Of a stretch of 64,000 bases of DNA, positions 18,903 to 30,014 are shown in pieces. The stretch lies in IMG/VR virus record IMGVR_UViG_3300046692_000072, positions 1 to 64,000 of that record. One strand, 5' to 3'. The stretch's first letter is position 1. Each line of letters starts with the position of its first letter. The position numbers were made by a program, and so were the translations under genes. The notes beneath the pieces were generated by a model. That model saw nothing but the letters and a program-made list of their open reading frames with translations, did no database searches and was not told where the DNA came from. This DNA comes from a virus.

Positions 18903-21367
18903 TATCCTAAGTATCCCGGTAGTTTGAGTGTCAGATCAGAGAAATCAGTCAAGAGTGATTGACTCAAATCAGCGATATCACTGCCGGTCAAAAGTGTTCT
19001 TGTCAGGAATGTATCCCGAGTTTCAGGATACATATACCTTGTATTATCAACTAAGTTAAGCGGGTTTATATTGGGGTTAGCATACCCAATCATCTTGTCA
19101 TAGAGAGAGTCAATCTCTGTACTTTGTTCCTTATAGGAACTCTGGATATCGTTAGCATCCTGATACATGGATTGAGCATTCGCTTGAACCATGGAGGAGT
19201 AACCATCAGCAAGAGCATTGGTGATCTTCAACAGGTTCCCTGGTTTGAATAGTTCCATCCAGTTAATGGGGGAACCAGTAGAGAAGGATCCTGCCACAGC
19301 ACCTATTGCAAATCCGACAAGGACACCGAGGAGTTGCCCGAGAATGCCAAGCTTTTGCATGATGGGCTGAAGGACTGTTGAAAGAGCAATAGCAGCAAGA
19401 GCGTTAACGATGCTGCCAATAATACCCGCTGTGAGCCCAGTGAAACCAAGTGCAGTACCAACAACGAGGTTGCTACCGAGCAAACCAATGCCAGCACCCC
19501 CAGTGAACAATGCAGCGACAATAGCAAAAACCACCACCAGTAGGATCTTAAAGATCCCTTTTTGATACCACTTGATCTTTACGACCTTGTAGCAGTTGAG
19601 GACCATGAACGTGCAAGCCGTGGACATTTGAGTTCCATCGACAATGCCCATATCTCTAAATGTGTTGAAGTGGAGAGGCACAATGAACCCAGATTCATCA
19701 GGATCATCCAGAGCTTCTCCAGAAGTGGTCTCAGTGTATTTCCCATTGTAGACAAAGTTCCTATGCATGGCACCAACAACCCGTACCCCAATCCATGAGG
19801 TACTGGTTCTCTGCCAGATAATATCAAAGGTATTTACAGGGCTTGGATCATCATAACGGGGGTCATTGTATTCAACGGTACCTTGATTAACCAAGGTGAC
19901 CTGTCCCTTTTTGAGTCCAGAATACAACCCAATTCCGGACAGTTCTTCGATGTAGTTCCAAAGGACTGTGACTGAGTATTCAGTGTTAACAGAACCATTA
20001 TTACTAACAGTAACAGAATTAAGGAGCATAACAGGACGAGGGACGGGAGTAGGTGCTGCACCACCCATACCATCAAACTGACGCCAGATTTCAAGATCGT
20101 GTACATAGTCTCGATAAAGCTCCAGAGCAGGACCATACGCTTCATAGGCAGCTTTGCCGTATGTCTGATTATTCAACAGGTTCAGGAAGAAGTGGTAGAG
20201 GTACTTCTTGCATTTGATTTCTTTGACGTTGAGGCTAACTCCGAAGACAACATTAGCAAAATCGATGTCTGAGAGCTTCTCGTTGTCAGCAAGTTTATCA
20301 ATGCACTCATCATACTTCTGACCGTTAAAAGCTTTCTTGTAAGCCTTTTTAGCAAGCTCATAAGCAGTACCATTTACATCACTGAGCCATTGATTATTAA
20401 CCCGCATGGGTATGATGGGAAAGAATTGACCATCGAGCTCAGACGACACATCGTCCAGAGCATCCAATGCAGCATTACCACCGGAGTTCATCTTATAGAG
20501 GTAGACACTTCTATCACTGGAGACAGGAGACGTTACGTCATAGTAATCGATCCGCCATGTATAGTCAGTCTCATAGATCCCACCACCCAGGTCATTAACG
20601 ACCTGATCCCAATACATCGTATTGTACCGGAGAACCTGAAATTCCGTGGATCCTACGAAGAAGTTTGGTTGGTCTTCTTCGCTTTTGAAGACCGCGTGTC
20701 TTTCGTATCCACCTGTGACAGGGGTCTCAGTATCAGATACGGTACGCCATCCTGAAAGGCTAGGCCAATCATCTGGACTGCTGATGCTGGTAGGAGTTCC
20801 CGTAGTCGTTCCGCTCGTGCTATCGGCAATCGATGTGCCGTAGAGTACATAGAGATAGCGCGCTGAAGCGTCAAAACCTGAAGCTGTGAAGCTAGTCGTC
20901 GTGGTGTCTTCGAAGTGAATAGTGATCGTTGTGCCAACAATGTCCGCCGTCCAGTCGGTATCAATGAGACTCTCATAGGACTGGTACATGCGTTGGAATG
21001 CCCAATCCATGTAGTCAGCACGATGAATGTCTATGGTTTCTAGAATGATTTCCTGACCACTGGTTCCAGGAATATTCGCTCTAACCACTGCCTCATTGAT
21101 ATCCCCGGTACCATTAATGGAACCAGAGGGAAGACCAATATAGGCATAGTTATCTTGAGCCCAGCGGTAAAAGGCCCGGAGAGACATCCCCGGACCATTG
21201 AGATACGATTGGTTAATCGTCTGACCTAGATAGGTCTTCGTGTTCCCCGTCATGATAGAATTCAATGTAGTAGCTTGCAGGTAGTTGACGCGCTCATCCT
21301 CGTCACCTGCCATGTTATATACTACGCTATCTACATACGTCTTCTTAGACGAAGAGAAGAGACCCAT
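18902..21367 (-). CDS. structural protein (N4 gp53-like)
   Basis: MGLFSSSKKTYV start, hydrophobic C-terminal region after KWYQKG; synteny. Confidence 0.8.
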   Translation of the reverse strand: MGLFSSSKKTYVDSVVYNMAGDEDERVNYLQATTLNSIMTGNTKTYLGQTINQSYLNGPGMSLRAFYRWAQDNYAYIGLPSGSINGTGDINEAVVRANIPGTSGQEIILETIDIHRADYMDWAFQRMYQSYESLIDTDWTADIVGTTITIHFEDTTTTSFTASGFDASARYLYVLYGTSIADSTSGTTTGTPTSISSPDDWPSLSGWRTVSDTETPVTGGYERHAVFKSEEDQPNFFVGSTEFQVLRYNTMYWDQVVNDLGGGIYETDYTWRIDYYDVTSPVSSDRSVYLYKMNSGGNAALDALDDVSSELDGQFFPIIPMRVNNQWLSDVNGTAYELAKKAYKKAFNGQKYDECIDKLADNEKLSDIDFANVVFGVSLNVKEIKCKKYLYHFFLNLLNNQTYGKAAYEAYGPALELYRDYVHDLEIWRQFDGMGGAAPTPVPRPVMLLNSVTVSNNGSVNTEYSVTVLWNYIEELSGIGLYSGLKKGQVTLVNQGTVEYNDPRYDDPSPVNTFDIIWQRTSTSWIGVRVVGAMHRNFVYNGKYTETTSGEALDDPDESGFIVPLHFNTFRDMGIVDGTQMSTACTFMVLNCYKVVKIKWYQKGIFKILLVVVFAIVAALFTGGAGIGLLGSNLVVGTALGFTGLTAGIIGSIVNALAAIALSTVLQPIMQKLGILGQLLGVLVGFAIGAVAGSFSTGSPINWMELFKPGNLLKITNALADGYSSMVQANAQSMYQDANDIQSSYKEQSTEIDSLYDKMIGYANPNINPLNLVDNTRYMYPETRDTFLTRTLLTGSDIADLSQSLLTDFSDLTLKLPGYLG

Positions 21368-22212
21368 TAGCCCAGACCATTATTGGTTTTGAGAGTGTTC
21401 AGAACCTCATCGAGAGAAGCATTGGTAAAGCCCGTAGGAGCTACCAGACCCTCGTCAATCGTCTTCTGCGTGATCCAGGCATCAGCAAAGATCTTGCCTG
21501 CCTTGACTTCAGCATCTCGTTTGTAAGAGACAATCTGCTGTGCAATCAGATCCTTCTGAGATCCGATGTTACCACGTACAGATGCACCATCCCTACGAGT
21601 GTCGAGAGTCTGTGCACGAGCTTGCTCAACCTGCTCATCAATGAGAGTACCCTGCTTAACAAGGTTAACTTGCTGAGCCAAGGCATTGCCATAAGTAGCA
21701 TCTTCAGTGGCGAGCTTGAGCTTGGTAAGGGAGTAATTAGCTTCCGCGGTATAGGCTTCATACTGAGCCAAATAGGCTTGGAGCTTAGCTGTGAGGAGCT
21801 GCACACGAGCAGTAACCAGAGCGACAGCAGCAGCTTGAGCCTGTGCCCTAGCTAGTACTGCTTGCCAGTAGATCTGATCCTTTTGGAGTACGAACTGTAC
21901 CCCATTCGCCATACATTGCTCAATCATAGCAATATATGCTTTGGTGTAATCCTGACCGGTAATCCTGCTAGCATCATACTCTGCACGAAGATGAGCCTTC
22001 GTTGCAGTCATGAGCTTGTCGAAAACACCAGTACCCCCAACCACAGTATCCGTAAGGAGAGCCACGGTGATGGGAGTTACAACGGCATCCCCGGAAGCAT
22101 CGGGAAGCTCATACACTGGATCTGAGAAATCAATGTCTTGGAGAGTGAAATCCTTACCAACGGTAAGGGAAACCTCCAGAGCATTCGCCAATACTTCCGA
22201 GTTAAATGCCAT
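21367..22212 (-). CDS. structural protein (N4 gp54-like)
   Basis: GTGVFDKLM, RITGQDY motifs; start reassigned to MAFNSE. Confidence 0.8.
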   Translation of the reverse strand: MAFNSEVLANALEVSLTVGKDFTLQDIDFSDPVYELPDASGDAVVTPITVALLTDTVVGGTGVFDKLMTATKAHLRAEYDASRITGQDYTKAYIAMIEQCMANGVQFVLQKDQIYWQAVLARAQAQAAAVALVTARVQLLTAKLQAYLAQYEAYTAEANYSLTKLKLATEDATYGNALAQQVNLVKQGTLIDEQVEQARAQTLDTRRDGASVRGNIGSQKDLIAQQIVSYKRDAEVKAGKIFADAWITQKTIDEGLVAPTGFTNASLDEVLNTLKTNNGLG

Positions 22213-22213
22213 A

Positions 22214-22855
22214 TTAGTCAATGCCTCCAGCAGCAGCTTGATTAGCAGCAAGCTTTGCAAGCTCACCAGTAGTCAGAGGAGGAAGGACATCGATAGAGAA
22301 TTCCTTCACCCAACGCTGTTGGACAATCTCTTGACCCTTTGAATTCTTGGTAACTTTTACGTCCAAGAACTTACGCTTAACCAGAGCCTTATAGAGAATA
22401 TAAGGAATGTGGTAACCACCATCCGTTACCTCACCAAAGGGAACGAACTTACGGACCACGCCCATAACATCATTACCAACTGCCAGGATCTCACCATGAA
22501 GACTCTTCTTCTTTGGATCCATGTTGGTGATACGAACACGAATCAGCTTCATGTTCTCAGCAAGCATCTCCTTGCGGATCTCATCAATGGTCTTGGGCTT
22601 GTCAGATGCCTTCACATTGGAAGTGAGTTCAGGAGATACAGGAGATTTAGTCTCTTCTTCTTCTTCACCTGCCAACTTAGCAGCGATCTTATCCTTAAGA
22701 ACCTGAGGATCCTTGAGGTTAGGGGAGAAGGTAATACCCATGAGTTTGGCACGAGCCTTGAGCATATCAAGCTCATTGACCTCAGTGACTACGGATTCTG
22801 GGGCTTCTTTGCCTTCTTCTCCCGTAGCATTCTCTGGAGTGAGTTCTGGGGGCAT
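22214..22855 (-). CDS. conserved N4 gp55-like protein
   Basis: LKARAKLMGI, LIRVRITNMDPKK, VLPPLT motifs; follows MCP. Confidence 0.8.
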   Translation of the reverse strand: MPPELTPENATGEEGKEAPESVVTEVNELDMLKARAKLMGITFSPNLKDPQVLKDKIAAKLAGEEEEETKSPVSPELTSNVKASDKPKTIDEIRKEMLAENMKLIRVRITNMDPKKKSLHGEILAVGNDVMGVVRKFVPFGEVTDGGYHIPYILYKALVKRKFLDVKVTKNSKGQEIVQQRWVKEFSIDVLPPLTTGELAKLAANQAAAGGID

Positions 22856-22878
22856 ATTAATGTTCCTTGAGTACCTAT

Positions 22879-22904
22879 GAAATAGGGGAGCACTAGGCTC
22901 CCCT
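22879..22904 (-). terminator. terminator downstream of major capsid gene
   Basis: minus strand AGGGGAGC-CTAGT-GCTCCCCT-ATTT. Confidence 0.65.
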
Positions 22905-22936
22905 TGGTTCAGTGCGATAGCAACCTATCTGATTGA

Positions 22937-24145
22937 TCAGATTGGTGCAACAGTCTTGATCAGACCGAGACGTTCAGGACGCTTAACAAGCAGACCGTAG
23001 TACCACTTGATCGAGCTGAAGCCAGTCTCACCGTAAGGATCGTTACGGTCAGCAGTGGCATTACCTGGCATCTTGGTGAGAACGGAGAACTTAACCGTCT
23101 TACCATCCGTCTGGAAGCCAATGGTAACGAACGAATCATCACCAATAACCAGCATCGGGAACACGTCGAAGTGTGCCGTACCGCCAACTACCGTAGTACG
23201 GTAACCGTTGTCCGAGGTGACAACAGCAGCACCAGCACCTTCCCAAGACAGCATTTCCGGGACCACGATGAGACGGAACTCATCGACCGAACCGATTTCG
23301 CCGTTCATGATCGTACCGGCATCGCCATACTGTTGAACAGGAACGAATGCTGGGTTGTTGAACAGATCGACCATCTGACGAACAACCGGGATCAGCTCGG
23401 AACCAATGAACATGACACGACCAGCAGAGATGGTTTTCGTGTCGATATTACGGGAACCAGTGATGATCTTGGTCTGCTTCGGAGTACGGTTGTCCGTGAG
23501 GGTCTGGCTCAGACGCATGAGCAGACGATACGAAACAACATCTGGAGTCGTCTCACCCGAGAGCTCATCCGTGTCAGTTGCCTGACCAGAATAAAGCAGA
23601 ACACCACCTTCAGCAGCAGCAAGCAGATCCTTCTGGAGGACAGCTTCCGTAAGCTGAACGGCACCGTTCATCAGTTCACGAGACAGGTGATCCATGAGAC
23701 CATCGTCCGAATCGAAGTCCAGAGATTCCTGAGTAAATTCAGTGAAGAAACCGAACTTCAGGATCGAACCTTCGCGGTCGATACGAGTGAAACCAACGCG
23801 GTTCACACGACCACCGTTTTCAGTCAGAAGCGGGAGCTTCGTAGAGATCGTACCAACGTCCTTGCTCGAACCATAAAGGTTACCAGCAGAGATGGTTACA
23901 CCGTTAGCATCGATACCCTGGTCATTGATGTTACGGTCATCGAGCAGAGGAACGTATTCATAGACCTTGATGGTCTTACCGAAGTTCTTCGGCATACCAA
24001 TCGTGGACGACAGAGGCATGAAGTACTGGTCTTTGCGCGACTGAATAATAGCGCTCTTGAGCCAGAAGAAGGTACGCATCTGATCGGACGAAGCACCGTC
24101 AATAGACGACTTCTGACCATCAATAGGAGCGTTATAATTAAGCAT
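22937..24145 (-). CDS. major capsid protein (N4 gp56)
   Basis: 402 aa; [45 protein letters not shown]. Confidence 0.95.
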   Translation of the reverse strand: MLNYNAPIDGQKSSIDGASSDQMRTFFWLKSAIIQSRKDQYFMPLSSTIGMPKNFGKTIKVYEYVPLLDDRNINDQGIDANGVTISAGNLYGSSKDVGTISTKLPLLTENGGRVNRVGFTRIDREGSILKFGFFTEFTQESLDFDSDDGLMDHLSRELMNGAVQLTEAVLQKDLLAAAEGGVLLYSGQATDTDELSGETTPDVVSYRLLMRLSQTLTDNRTPKQTKIITGSRNIDTKTISAGRVMFIGSELIPVVRQMVDLFNNPAFVPVQQYGDAGTIMNGEIGSVDEFRLIVVPEMLSWEGAGAAVVTSDNGYRTTVVGGTAHFDVFPMLVIGDDSFVTIGFQTDGKTVKFSVLTKMPGNATADRNDPYGETGFSSIKWYYGLLVKRPERLGLIKTVAPI

Positions 24146-24183
24146 CTTGGACTATCCTAACCTATATTGGCAGGTCGTTTTCC

Positions 24184-25341
24184 TTATATACGACCCTGCA
24201 TCTGTTTGAGGAACGCTTCATCATCCATCGCTAGATAATTGACAGCTTCCTGTTTCTTAGCTGGCGTATCCTTTGCAGGAGCAGCAGCCTTGACACGATC
24301 AGCAGCAGGATCAATCTTTGGAGTTACCGCTCGGTCAGTAGCTACAGGAGTTGGCTTTGGAGCTTCCTGTTGCTTAAACCCATTGGTTTCCACCAGATGG
24401 TCACCTACACGCTTGTAAGCTTCAATAAAGGGAATGTTGCGAGGAATTAGTCCAAGAGTCCTTTGACGCTCCATCTCAGTCGTGATCTGGTCATAGATAC
24501 CATTGGCACGTTGCTGGTGGAAAACATCGACAAGTTCTGGTTGATTCCAGAGAGCGTCCTTAGAGGTTTGATCCCAGTCGTTATTGATCTGAAGCAGTGT
24601 AGCTCTTCCTTCCTCATTGCTGGAATACTCATCCAGTTTAGTTTGGAAGGCTACCTGTTGATCACTAACACTGTGATTACCGGGCTGGTAGCTCGATGGT
24701 TCCGCAGTATTAATGTCCAGTGGATCAACTCCACTGTCCGTTATGAGCTTCTTAATAGCCTCTGGATTCTTATTTTTCAAGTCAATAAAGAATGAAATGT
24801 CAGATTCCGTAAGTTTGTTGTTATCAAGCATCGTAACTAGCTTCATCTTAGGGGCTAGTTCTTGCATCTTACGGGTATAGTTAGCACCCATCTGCATCAG
24901 CTTGACTGCTTCTTCAGGAGAGTTCAGCTTGATCTCTTTACCATTCGCTTTGAATGGTGCCAGGATCTTGTTGTACTGTTCCTCATAGTTAATTGGTTGG
25001 GCTTCAACCGGATCCTTCTTAGCAGGATCTACTACTGCATCGGGCTTCGCTTCGTCCGCCTTGGCTTCCGCAGGCTTCGCCTGCTCGCCGTCGTCCTTAC
25101 GCTCGCCTTCTACTACCTTGGTAGTATCATCGGGAACAATTTCTTCATCCGGTTTATCCAAAGGATTAGGTTCTACTGCCTTTGGTTCTTCTTGAACCAC
25201 GGGAGCCTCTACAACAACAGGAGCTTCTGTTGGTTTAGGTTCCTCAACGACAGGCGCCTCCACAATGGGAGGCGTTGACATCTTCAGGAAGTCATCATCA
25301 GACATTGCAAACATGTCTGTGGGGGACGTTGCACTAGTCAT
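24184..25341 (-). CDS. N4 gp57-like protein (often annotated tape measure; probable scaffold)
   Basis: acidic/Pro-rich N-terminus, PFKANGKEI..LMQMGANYTRKM; between portal and MCP. Confidence 0.8.
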   Translation of the reverse strand: MTSATSPTDMFAMSDDDFLKMSTPPIVEAPVVEEPKPTEAPVVVEAPVVQEEPKAVEPNPLDKPDEEIVPDDTTKVVEGERKDDGEQAKPAEAKADEAKPDAVVDPAKKDPVEAQPINYEEQYNKILAPFKANGKEIKLNSPEEAVKLMQMGANYTRKMQELAPKMKLVTMLDNNKLTESDISFFIDLKNKNPEAIKKLITDSGVDPLDINTAEPSSYQPGNHSVSDQQVAFQTKLDEYSSNEEGRATLLQINNDWDQTSKDALWNQPELVDVFHQQRANGIYDQITTEMERQRTLGLIPRNIPFIEAYKRVGDHLVETNGFKQQEAPKPTPVATDRAVTPKIDPAADRVKAAAPAKDTPAKKQEAVNYLAMDDEAFLKQMQGRI

Positions 25342-25688
25342 TCAGAAGCTCCTTCAGCACGGAGCTCATCGAGAATCTGTTCCTGATCCCGAAGATCTTG
25401 CTCAGCAACATTACCCATACGGATTAGCATCGAGAGCCAACGCTTAAGGTGACCAGATGCTTGGGCGATGTTGAGTGCATCACGACGAGAGTTATCATCA
25501 GGAAGTGCAGGATCCTGGGAGAGTTGGACAAATCGAGCTGCTTCTTTAACGAGGAACTCCTCGTTGATCAGTTTGATAAAATCCGAATTGTTCTGCAAAC
25601 GGAGAAGACGATCTCGCATTTCCATCTGAACCTTGAGTTCGGCAATACGGTATTCCGTTTGCTCAATGTTCGATTGAATTTCAGACAT
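25338..25688 (-). CDS. N4 gp58-like protein
   Basis: 116 aa helical protein in conserved position. Confidence 0.7.
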   Translation of the reverse strand: MSEIQSNIEQTEYRIAELKVQMEMRDRLLRLQNNSDFIKLINEEFLVKEAARFVQLSQDPALPDDNSRRDALNIAQASGHLKRWLSMLIRMGNVAEQDLRDQEQILDELRAEGASE

Positions 25689-25726
25689 TAGAAGTTCCTT
25701 GAGGGTTAATGTTTAACGCCTTTCAG

Positions 25727-27925
25727 TTAAAGGCTAAATCCATTGTTATGGTCTAGTGCAGGTTTAGTCAACTGGTTGTAACCAATAGCAGTCTCCACAT
25801 CTGGATCAGACTCACCACCATTAGCTTGTTTCTTTGGCTTCAGTAGAGCTTTGGTAACTTCCAGATCCTGGTTACCTTGAGACTGTGCACGCTGCTTTTG
25901 CATTTCACGCTCATGCTTAGTACCAGTCTCTGTCTCTACGAAATCGAGATTCTTGTTATCAGCATCAGCTTGCTTAACAGTAGCTTCAGCTTGATTTTTA
26001 AGAGTCTCAGACTTGAGCTTATCAATCTCAGCTTGGAGCTTCTGCATCTCAAGTTGTTGAAGCTGCTGCTGCATAGGGTCAGGCTCGGGCTTGTACATCT
26101 TGATGGCATGTTCCAGCTCAGGCATACGCTTGAGACGGCAGATCTCTGCGAGAACCATTTGAACCATGGGAAGAGGGAACTTGGGTCCGATAGTCTGGAG
26201 CATAAAGCCCAGATCTTGAGACTTTGCAGAGTCCACTTCCGCTGTAGAGATATCAACCTCTAGGTCGAAATCACCCTTCAGATCATCAGGAGAGACCTTA
26301 ACAAACTCGGTATTGGTAACTCGAACCACTTCATCTTGGCTCAAGAACACACCATTCATGGAGATGAGCTTCTGCCCAACTTCCATCATACCCTTGGCTA
26401 GACGACGAAGAATCGCCATCTCACGCTTGGATGCAGCATCAAGGACACCCTTAATACCAGCAGCAACGTCACCGTATGCTTCACCAGAGATACCGCCACC
26501 AAAGGATTTGACACCCGTAAGGGCTTCAGCTTCCTGGTTCTGGAGATTCAACATCAGTAGAGCAGACTGTGGGAGCTCTGGGTATTTATGCTCAACGAGT
26601 CCAACTGCTGGATTAGTACCAGGGTTATACTCATAATCCTGACCGTTATCGAACCGGCGACGATTCAGAACGTCAAGCATACCCTTCTGGATACCCTTCT
26701 GAGCATTGGCAGAACGACCCAAGAGGTCGATCATACCACGAGTCAAGGCACCCAGAATTGCTTGGTTATCTTCCAGAAGTTCAGCATCTGGTTCACCATA
26801 AAGCTCACGCTTTACAGGGAGATAAGGGATTACAACGAATGGGAGCTTCTGATCTGGGAATGGATTTTCTTCCATTCGAATCATCGTGTCACCGATCCAG
26901 GTAGCAACGATAGGGGTCAGAACACCATTGCCCTCTACATCGTAGAAGCCCCAATACTCATAGGCAACGATACGTTTACGAGGAGTATCCTTGAACTGAT
27001 AGGACGGATCCTTCGTAGTGGTCGTATAATCCGGCATCGATAGAGCAGGGGGAAGAGCATCCCAATTGAGGTTCTCAAGGTTCTTGTACCGACCATCCTT
27101 CTTCAGTTCAGCTTGTGACGTTTCAAAAAGAACTATGACAAACATAGCCTTATCCATGTCACCTTCGCACGAAGGATCAATGTAAACGTTACGTGGATTG
27201 AGGATCTGAACCGTAGGACGATTCTCAATAATCTTATCCTTGGTTACCTTTTGGGTACCAGTCGCTTGAGCAATCGTAATTTGCCCAGTCTCATTATAGA
27301 GATCGAGGGCAGCAACCATTTCAGGACTAGAATTCTCTTGGAAGCCTCTTGGATCTTCCTGAGACGTAGCAACCATTTCCTGGAACTTCTGAGCAGTAGC
27401 TTCATCAGTAATAGGATAATGCGTATAGGTAGGTTCTTCCGTGGTCACCTTGACAGTGGCACGCTTCCAACCTGTTCGAATGATGCAGGTACCCTCATCA
27501 ACAGTAGAGCGAACCATATCATCAATGAATTTGACTCTGTTCAGCTTGGTTCGGAACTGCCAATTGATTACAAGCTCGTTCTGTCGAGCTGCATCACCAT
27601 CCTCAAAGGTTACTGGTGATACCTTAAACAGCTTAGCTGAGCCAAGGAAGGGCTCGGTAAGTGCGGAGTATCTCCACTCAGCTTGACGACGAATCAGCTT
27701 TGGTTGGACCTTGGATCGACCCTGAACCTCTTTTGGTTTAGCAGATCCACTCACTGACATCAGATCGTTCCATTTCTGGATCCTGGCAATCTGGGTATCG
27801 TGAGAAGTTTTCGAACCAAGGAAGTCAGCGTACAGGTCTGACTTGTTAGGCTCCTTCGTCCAGTTCGTTAGCTTCTGACTTGCGGGGCGAGTTTCCGCCA
27901 ACGTGAACTGCATCTCTGACATCAT
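25727..27925 (-). CDS. portal protein (N4 gp59)
   Basis: [42 protein letters not shown]. Confidence 0.93.
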   Translation of the reverse strand: MMSEMQFTLAETRPASQKLTNWTKEPNKSDLYADFLGSKTSHDTQIARIQKWNDLMSVSGSAKPKEVQGRSKVQPKLIRRQAEWRYSALTEPFLGSAKLFKVSPVTFEDGDAARQNELVINWQFRTKLNRVKFIDDMVRSTVDEGTCIIRTGWKRATVKVTTEEPTYTHYPITDEATAQKFQEMVATSQEDPRGFQENSSPEMVAALDLYNETGQITIAQATGTQKVTKDKIIENRPTVQILNPRNVYIDPSCEGDMDKAMFVIVLFETSQAELKKDGRYKNLENLNWDALPPALSMPDYTTTTKDPSYQFKDTPRKRIVAYEYWGFYDVEGNGVLTPIVATWIGDTMIRMEENPFPDQKLPFVVIPYLPVKRELYGEPDAELLEDNQAILGALTRGMIDLLGRSANAQKGIQKGMLDVLNRRRFDNGQDYEYNPGTNPAVGLVEHKYPELPQSALLMLNLQNQEAEALTGVKSFGGGISGEAYGDVAAGIKGVLDAASKREMAILRRLAKGMMEVGQKLISMNGVFLSQDEVVRVTNTEFVKVSPDDLKGDFDLEVDISTAEVDSAKSQDLGFMLQTIGPKFPLPMVQMVLAEICRLKRMPELEHAIKMYKPEPDPMQQQLQQLEMQKLQAEIDKLKSETLKNQAEATVKQADADNKNLDFVETETGTKHEREMQKQRAQSQGNQDLEVTKALLKPKKQANGGESDPDVETAIGYNQLTKPALDHNNGFSL

Positions 27926-28170
27926 TGATTCCTGTACGAATTATGTGCTTCACAAGTATTCTTATTCCATACACCACCAGCACATAGTCTAGCAACAGTA
28001 CGGTTGATCTTGTCTTGATCGACAGGAGTAGCGCCTCTGGCTCCAACTAGATTGGTGCCTACGATATCACCGAGGGTTTTCACATTTGCCGGTCCCAAAG
28101 TTGTACACCCGTGGGAGGAGACACTTACTATAATCAAGCTCACCACGGTCAGCATTGCTGAGACTCTCAT
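27922..28170 (-). CDS. o-spanin (Rz1-like lipoprotein)
   Basis: hydrophobic signal and SHGC lipobox-like site, two further Cys; overlaps i-spanin in another frame. Confidence 0.65.
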   Translation of the reverse strand: MRVSAMLTVVSLIIVSVSSHGCTTLGPANVKTLGDIVGTNLVGARGATPVDQDKINRTVARLCAGGVWNKNTCEAHNSYRNQ

Positions 28171-28300
28171 GGTTCTGTTCCTTAATTTCTTGGCGAACTT
28201 CTTCACCACCTTTATGGAAGACAAAAAGATAGGAGGCGGCAATTGCTGCCACCCCCAATCCGATGAGTATGAGACGTATATTCCACGTCATGTTTATCAC
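28067..28300 (-). CDS. i-spanin (Rz-like)
   Basis: N-terminal TM helix, short coiled coil, C-terminal Cys pair; directly after endolysin. Confidence 0.65.
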   Translation of the reverse strand: MINMTWNIRLILIGLGVAAIAASYLFVFHKGGEEVRQEIKEQNHESLSNADRGELDYSKCLLPRVYNFGTGKCENPR

Positions 28301-29431
28301 CTATTCAGGCATGGGGACTAGAGCAGTGAAATGCTCTTCCTTGGTTCCAGTGTAAGTCTGCTTGGATTCACGCCACTTGTAAACGGTAACACCCAAACCA
28401 ACAACGATACCAACTACGGTTAAAACACCAACAATGGTATTCAGATTTTGAACCAAAGGTGAGAGAAACTCATATTGCCCTAGATCATTCACATAACCTT
28501 GGACCGTTTCCTTCGTACCCTTGAGCAGAGCAGGAGCACCAATACCACCAGCTACAGCTTTCTGGACTGTGGGGTTGCTCATCAGACTAGTCATTCCAGG
28601 CTTAGGTTTGACGTTCTCACGGTAGGTAGCAAGAGCTTGCTGTGTCTTTGGACCCACCAAACCATCCTGACCAAGACTATGATCCTTCTGGAACTGGATC
28701 AAAGCAACCTTGGTGGACTGACCAAAGTCACCATCAACGGTAACCTTATAGCCAGCGCTATTGAGAATAGCCTGAAGATCCTTAACCCCAGCACCCTTGG
28801 ATCCCATACGCAGAGTTCCATCCACATGGGAAGCAACAGGGATATTACCGCCATTGCGGGCGTAAGCCTCACTCATATGGGTATCATACTTGTACTTACG
28901 GTAATTAGGTCCGTTGTACCCACGAGCAAAACCCGAGAAGTCTCGGTTACGAAGTTCGTCTACAAGACCCTTCTTGACGATGAATTTGACCATGACTTCA
29001 AGCTGACCGTTGAAGCCAGAGCGAACTATACGGATAAAATCATCAAGAGAGCTGTATCCGAGATCCTTCCAATTGGATCCCATAACCTGACCTACACCAT
29101 AGGAGCAGGACTGGAATGCTGCGTCTTTATCAATCTGGGCAGCTTTCAGAAGAAGTTTCCATCGGTCTTCTTGCGACTTTGGATTTTTAATCTTCCCTGC
29201 TTCCGCAGACGAGACACCTGCCTTCCTTGCAGCAGTGCGCTTAGAAGGATCACACAGACGGTCAAAATAGTGACCTTCATAACGGATTATCGGTTCAAGG
29301 CGACCGTTGATCCAGGCACCGACAATGCCATTGGATTCAACTTCAAGGGGGGCAGCAAGAGCTGCATACTCAACTTGGATAGCGTTTGCGTAATTGTGGA
29401 CGGCAAGCTGCTCATCTGGCTTCAATTGCAT
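28301..29431 (-). CDS. endolysin: N-acetylmuramidase (DUF3380-like), peptidoglycan-binding domain and C-terminal membrane segment
   Basis: EVES..IRYEGHYF, SYGVGQVMG.N, FARGYNGP; LRMGSKG..VKDLQ..DGDFG..T..FQ..DGLVGPKT; start MQLKP after AAGGA. Confidence 0.88.
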   Translation of the reverse strand: MQLKPDEQLAVHNYANAIQVEYAALAAPLEVESNGIVGAWINGRLEPIIRYEGHYFDRLCDPSKRTAARKAGVSSAEAGKIKNPKSQEDRWKLLLKAAQIDKDAAFQSCSYGVGQVMGSNWKDLGYSSLDDFIRIVRSGFNGQLEVMVKFIVKKGLVDELRNRDFSGFARGYNGPNYRKYKYDTHMSEAYARNGGNIPVASHVDGTLRMGSKGAGVKDLQAILNSAGYKVTVDGDFGQSTKVALIQFQKDHSLGQDGLVGPKTQQALATYRENVKPKPGMTSLMSNPTVQKAVAGGIGAPALLKGTKETVQGYVNDLGQYEFLSPLVQNLNTIVGVLTVVGIVVGLGVTVYKWRESKQTYTGTKEEHFTALVPMPE

Positions 29432-29579
29432 AGTATAGTTCCTTAACCTGTTTGGTTGATTGAGGAACATGAATACTAACATATGACCAACCAACATATG
29501 TCAAAGCTGGAACCAGAAGGACATAGATAGCAATGTCCTTCCAGCGATTTCGAGGCAGTACGAGCTTAATGTAATGCAT

Positions 29580-29882
29580 CTACTTCACCATCAAAAGTTT
29601 GACAGCAGTGAATACACCAATAATCACACCTGCAACAGCACCAGCTTTGAAAAAGAGTTTGGTGATCCATGCAATATGATTTGCAGTGACTACCAAGTTG
29701 TTGATTGTCGATTGAGCTTCAAGGAGAGAGTAGAAGGATTTACGACGATCTTCTGAGCCAAGGGCTTTAGCGATCTTGGTAATGGCTTCCTTCTCGTCAT
29801 TGGACAAACGTTGCCAATCACGAAGGTGATCTAAATCACCCGCCGAGAGTTCAATGGTTACCTTCTTACGTGTCACATCCAT
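29580..29882 (-). CDS. putative holin/antiholin
   Basis: 100 aa with one C-terminal TM helix, immediately upstream of endolysin. Confidence 0.55.
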   Translation of the reverse strand: MDVTRKKVTIELSAGDLDHLRDWQRLSNDEKEAITKIAKALGSEDRRKSFYSLLEAQSTINNLVVTANHIAWITKLFFKAGAVAGVIIGVFTAVKLLMVK

Positions 29883-30014
29883 ATTCTTATCCTTATAAGG
29901 AAGGGAGTGACGGTATTCGTATCAGTGAGTCGTCAGGTCTTTAATAATACATATCACATATATGAGATACTAACTTTATTAATACACCCCCACTTTTCAG
30001 CGAGGGTGTAATTA

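Noticed and set aside
23171-24160. 329-aa + strand ORF opposite the major capsid gene (similarly 228-1115, 28499-29446 and 55574-56227 opposite other genes)
   Set aside because: Antisense shadow ORFs fully overlapping well-supported genes.
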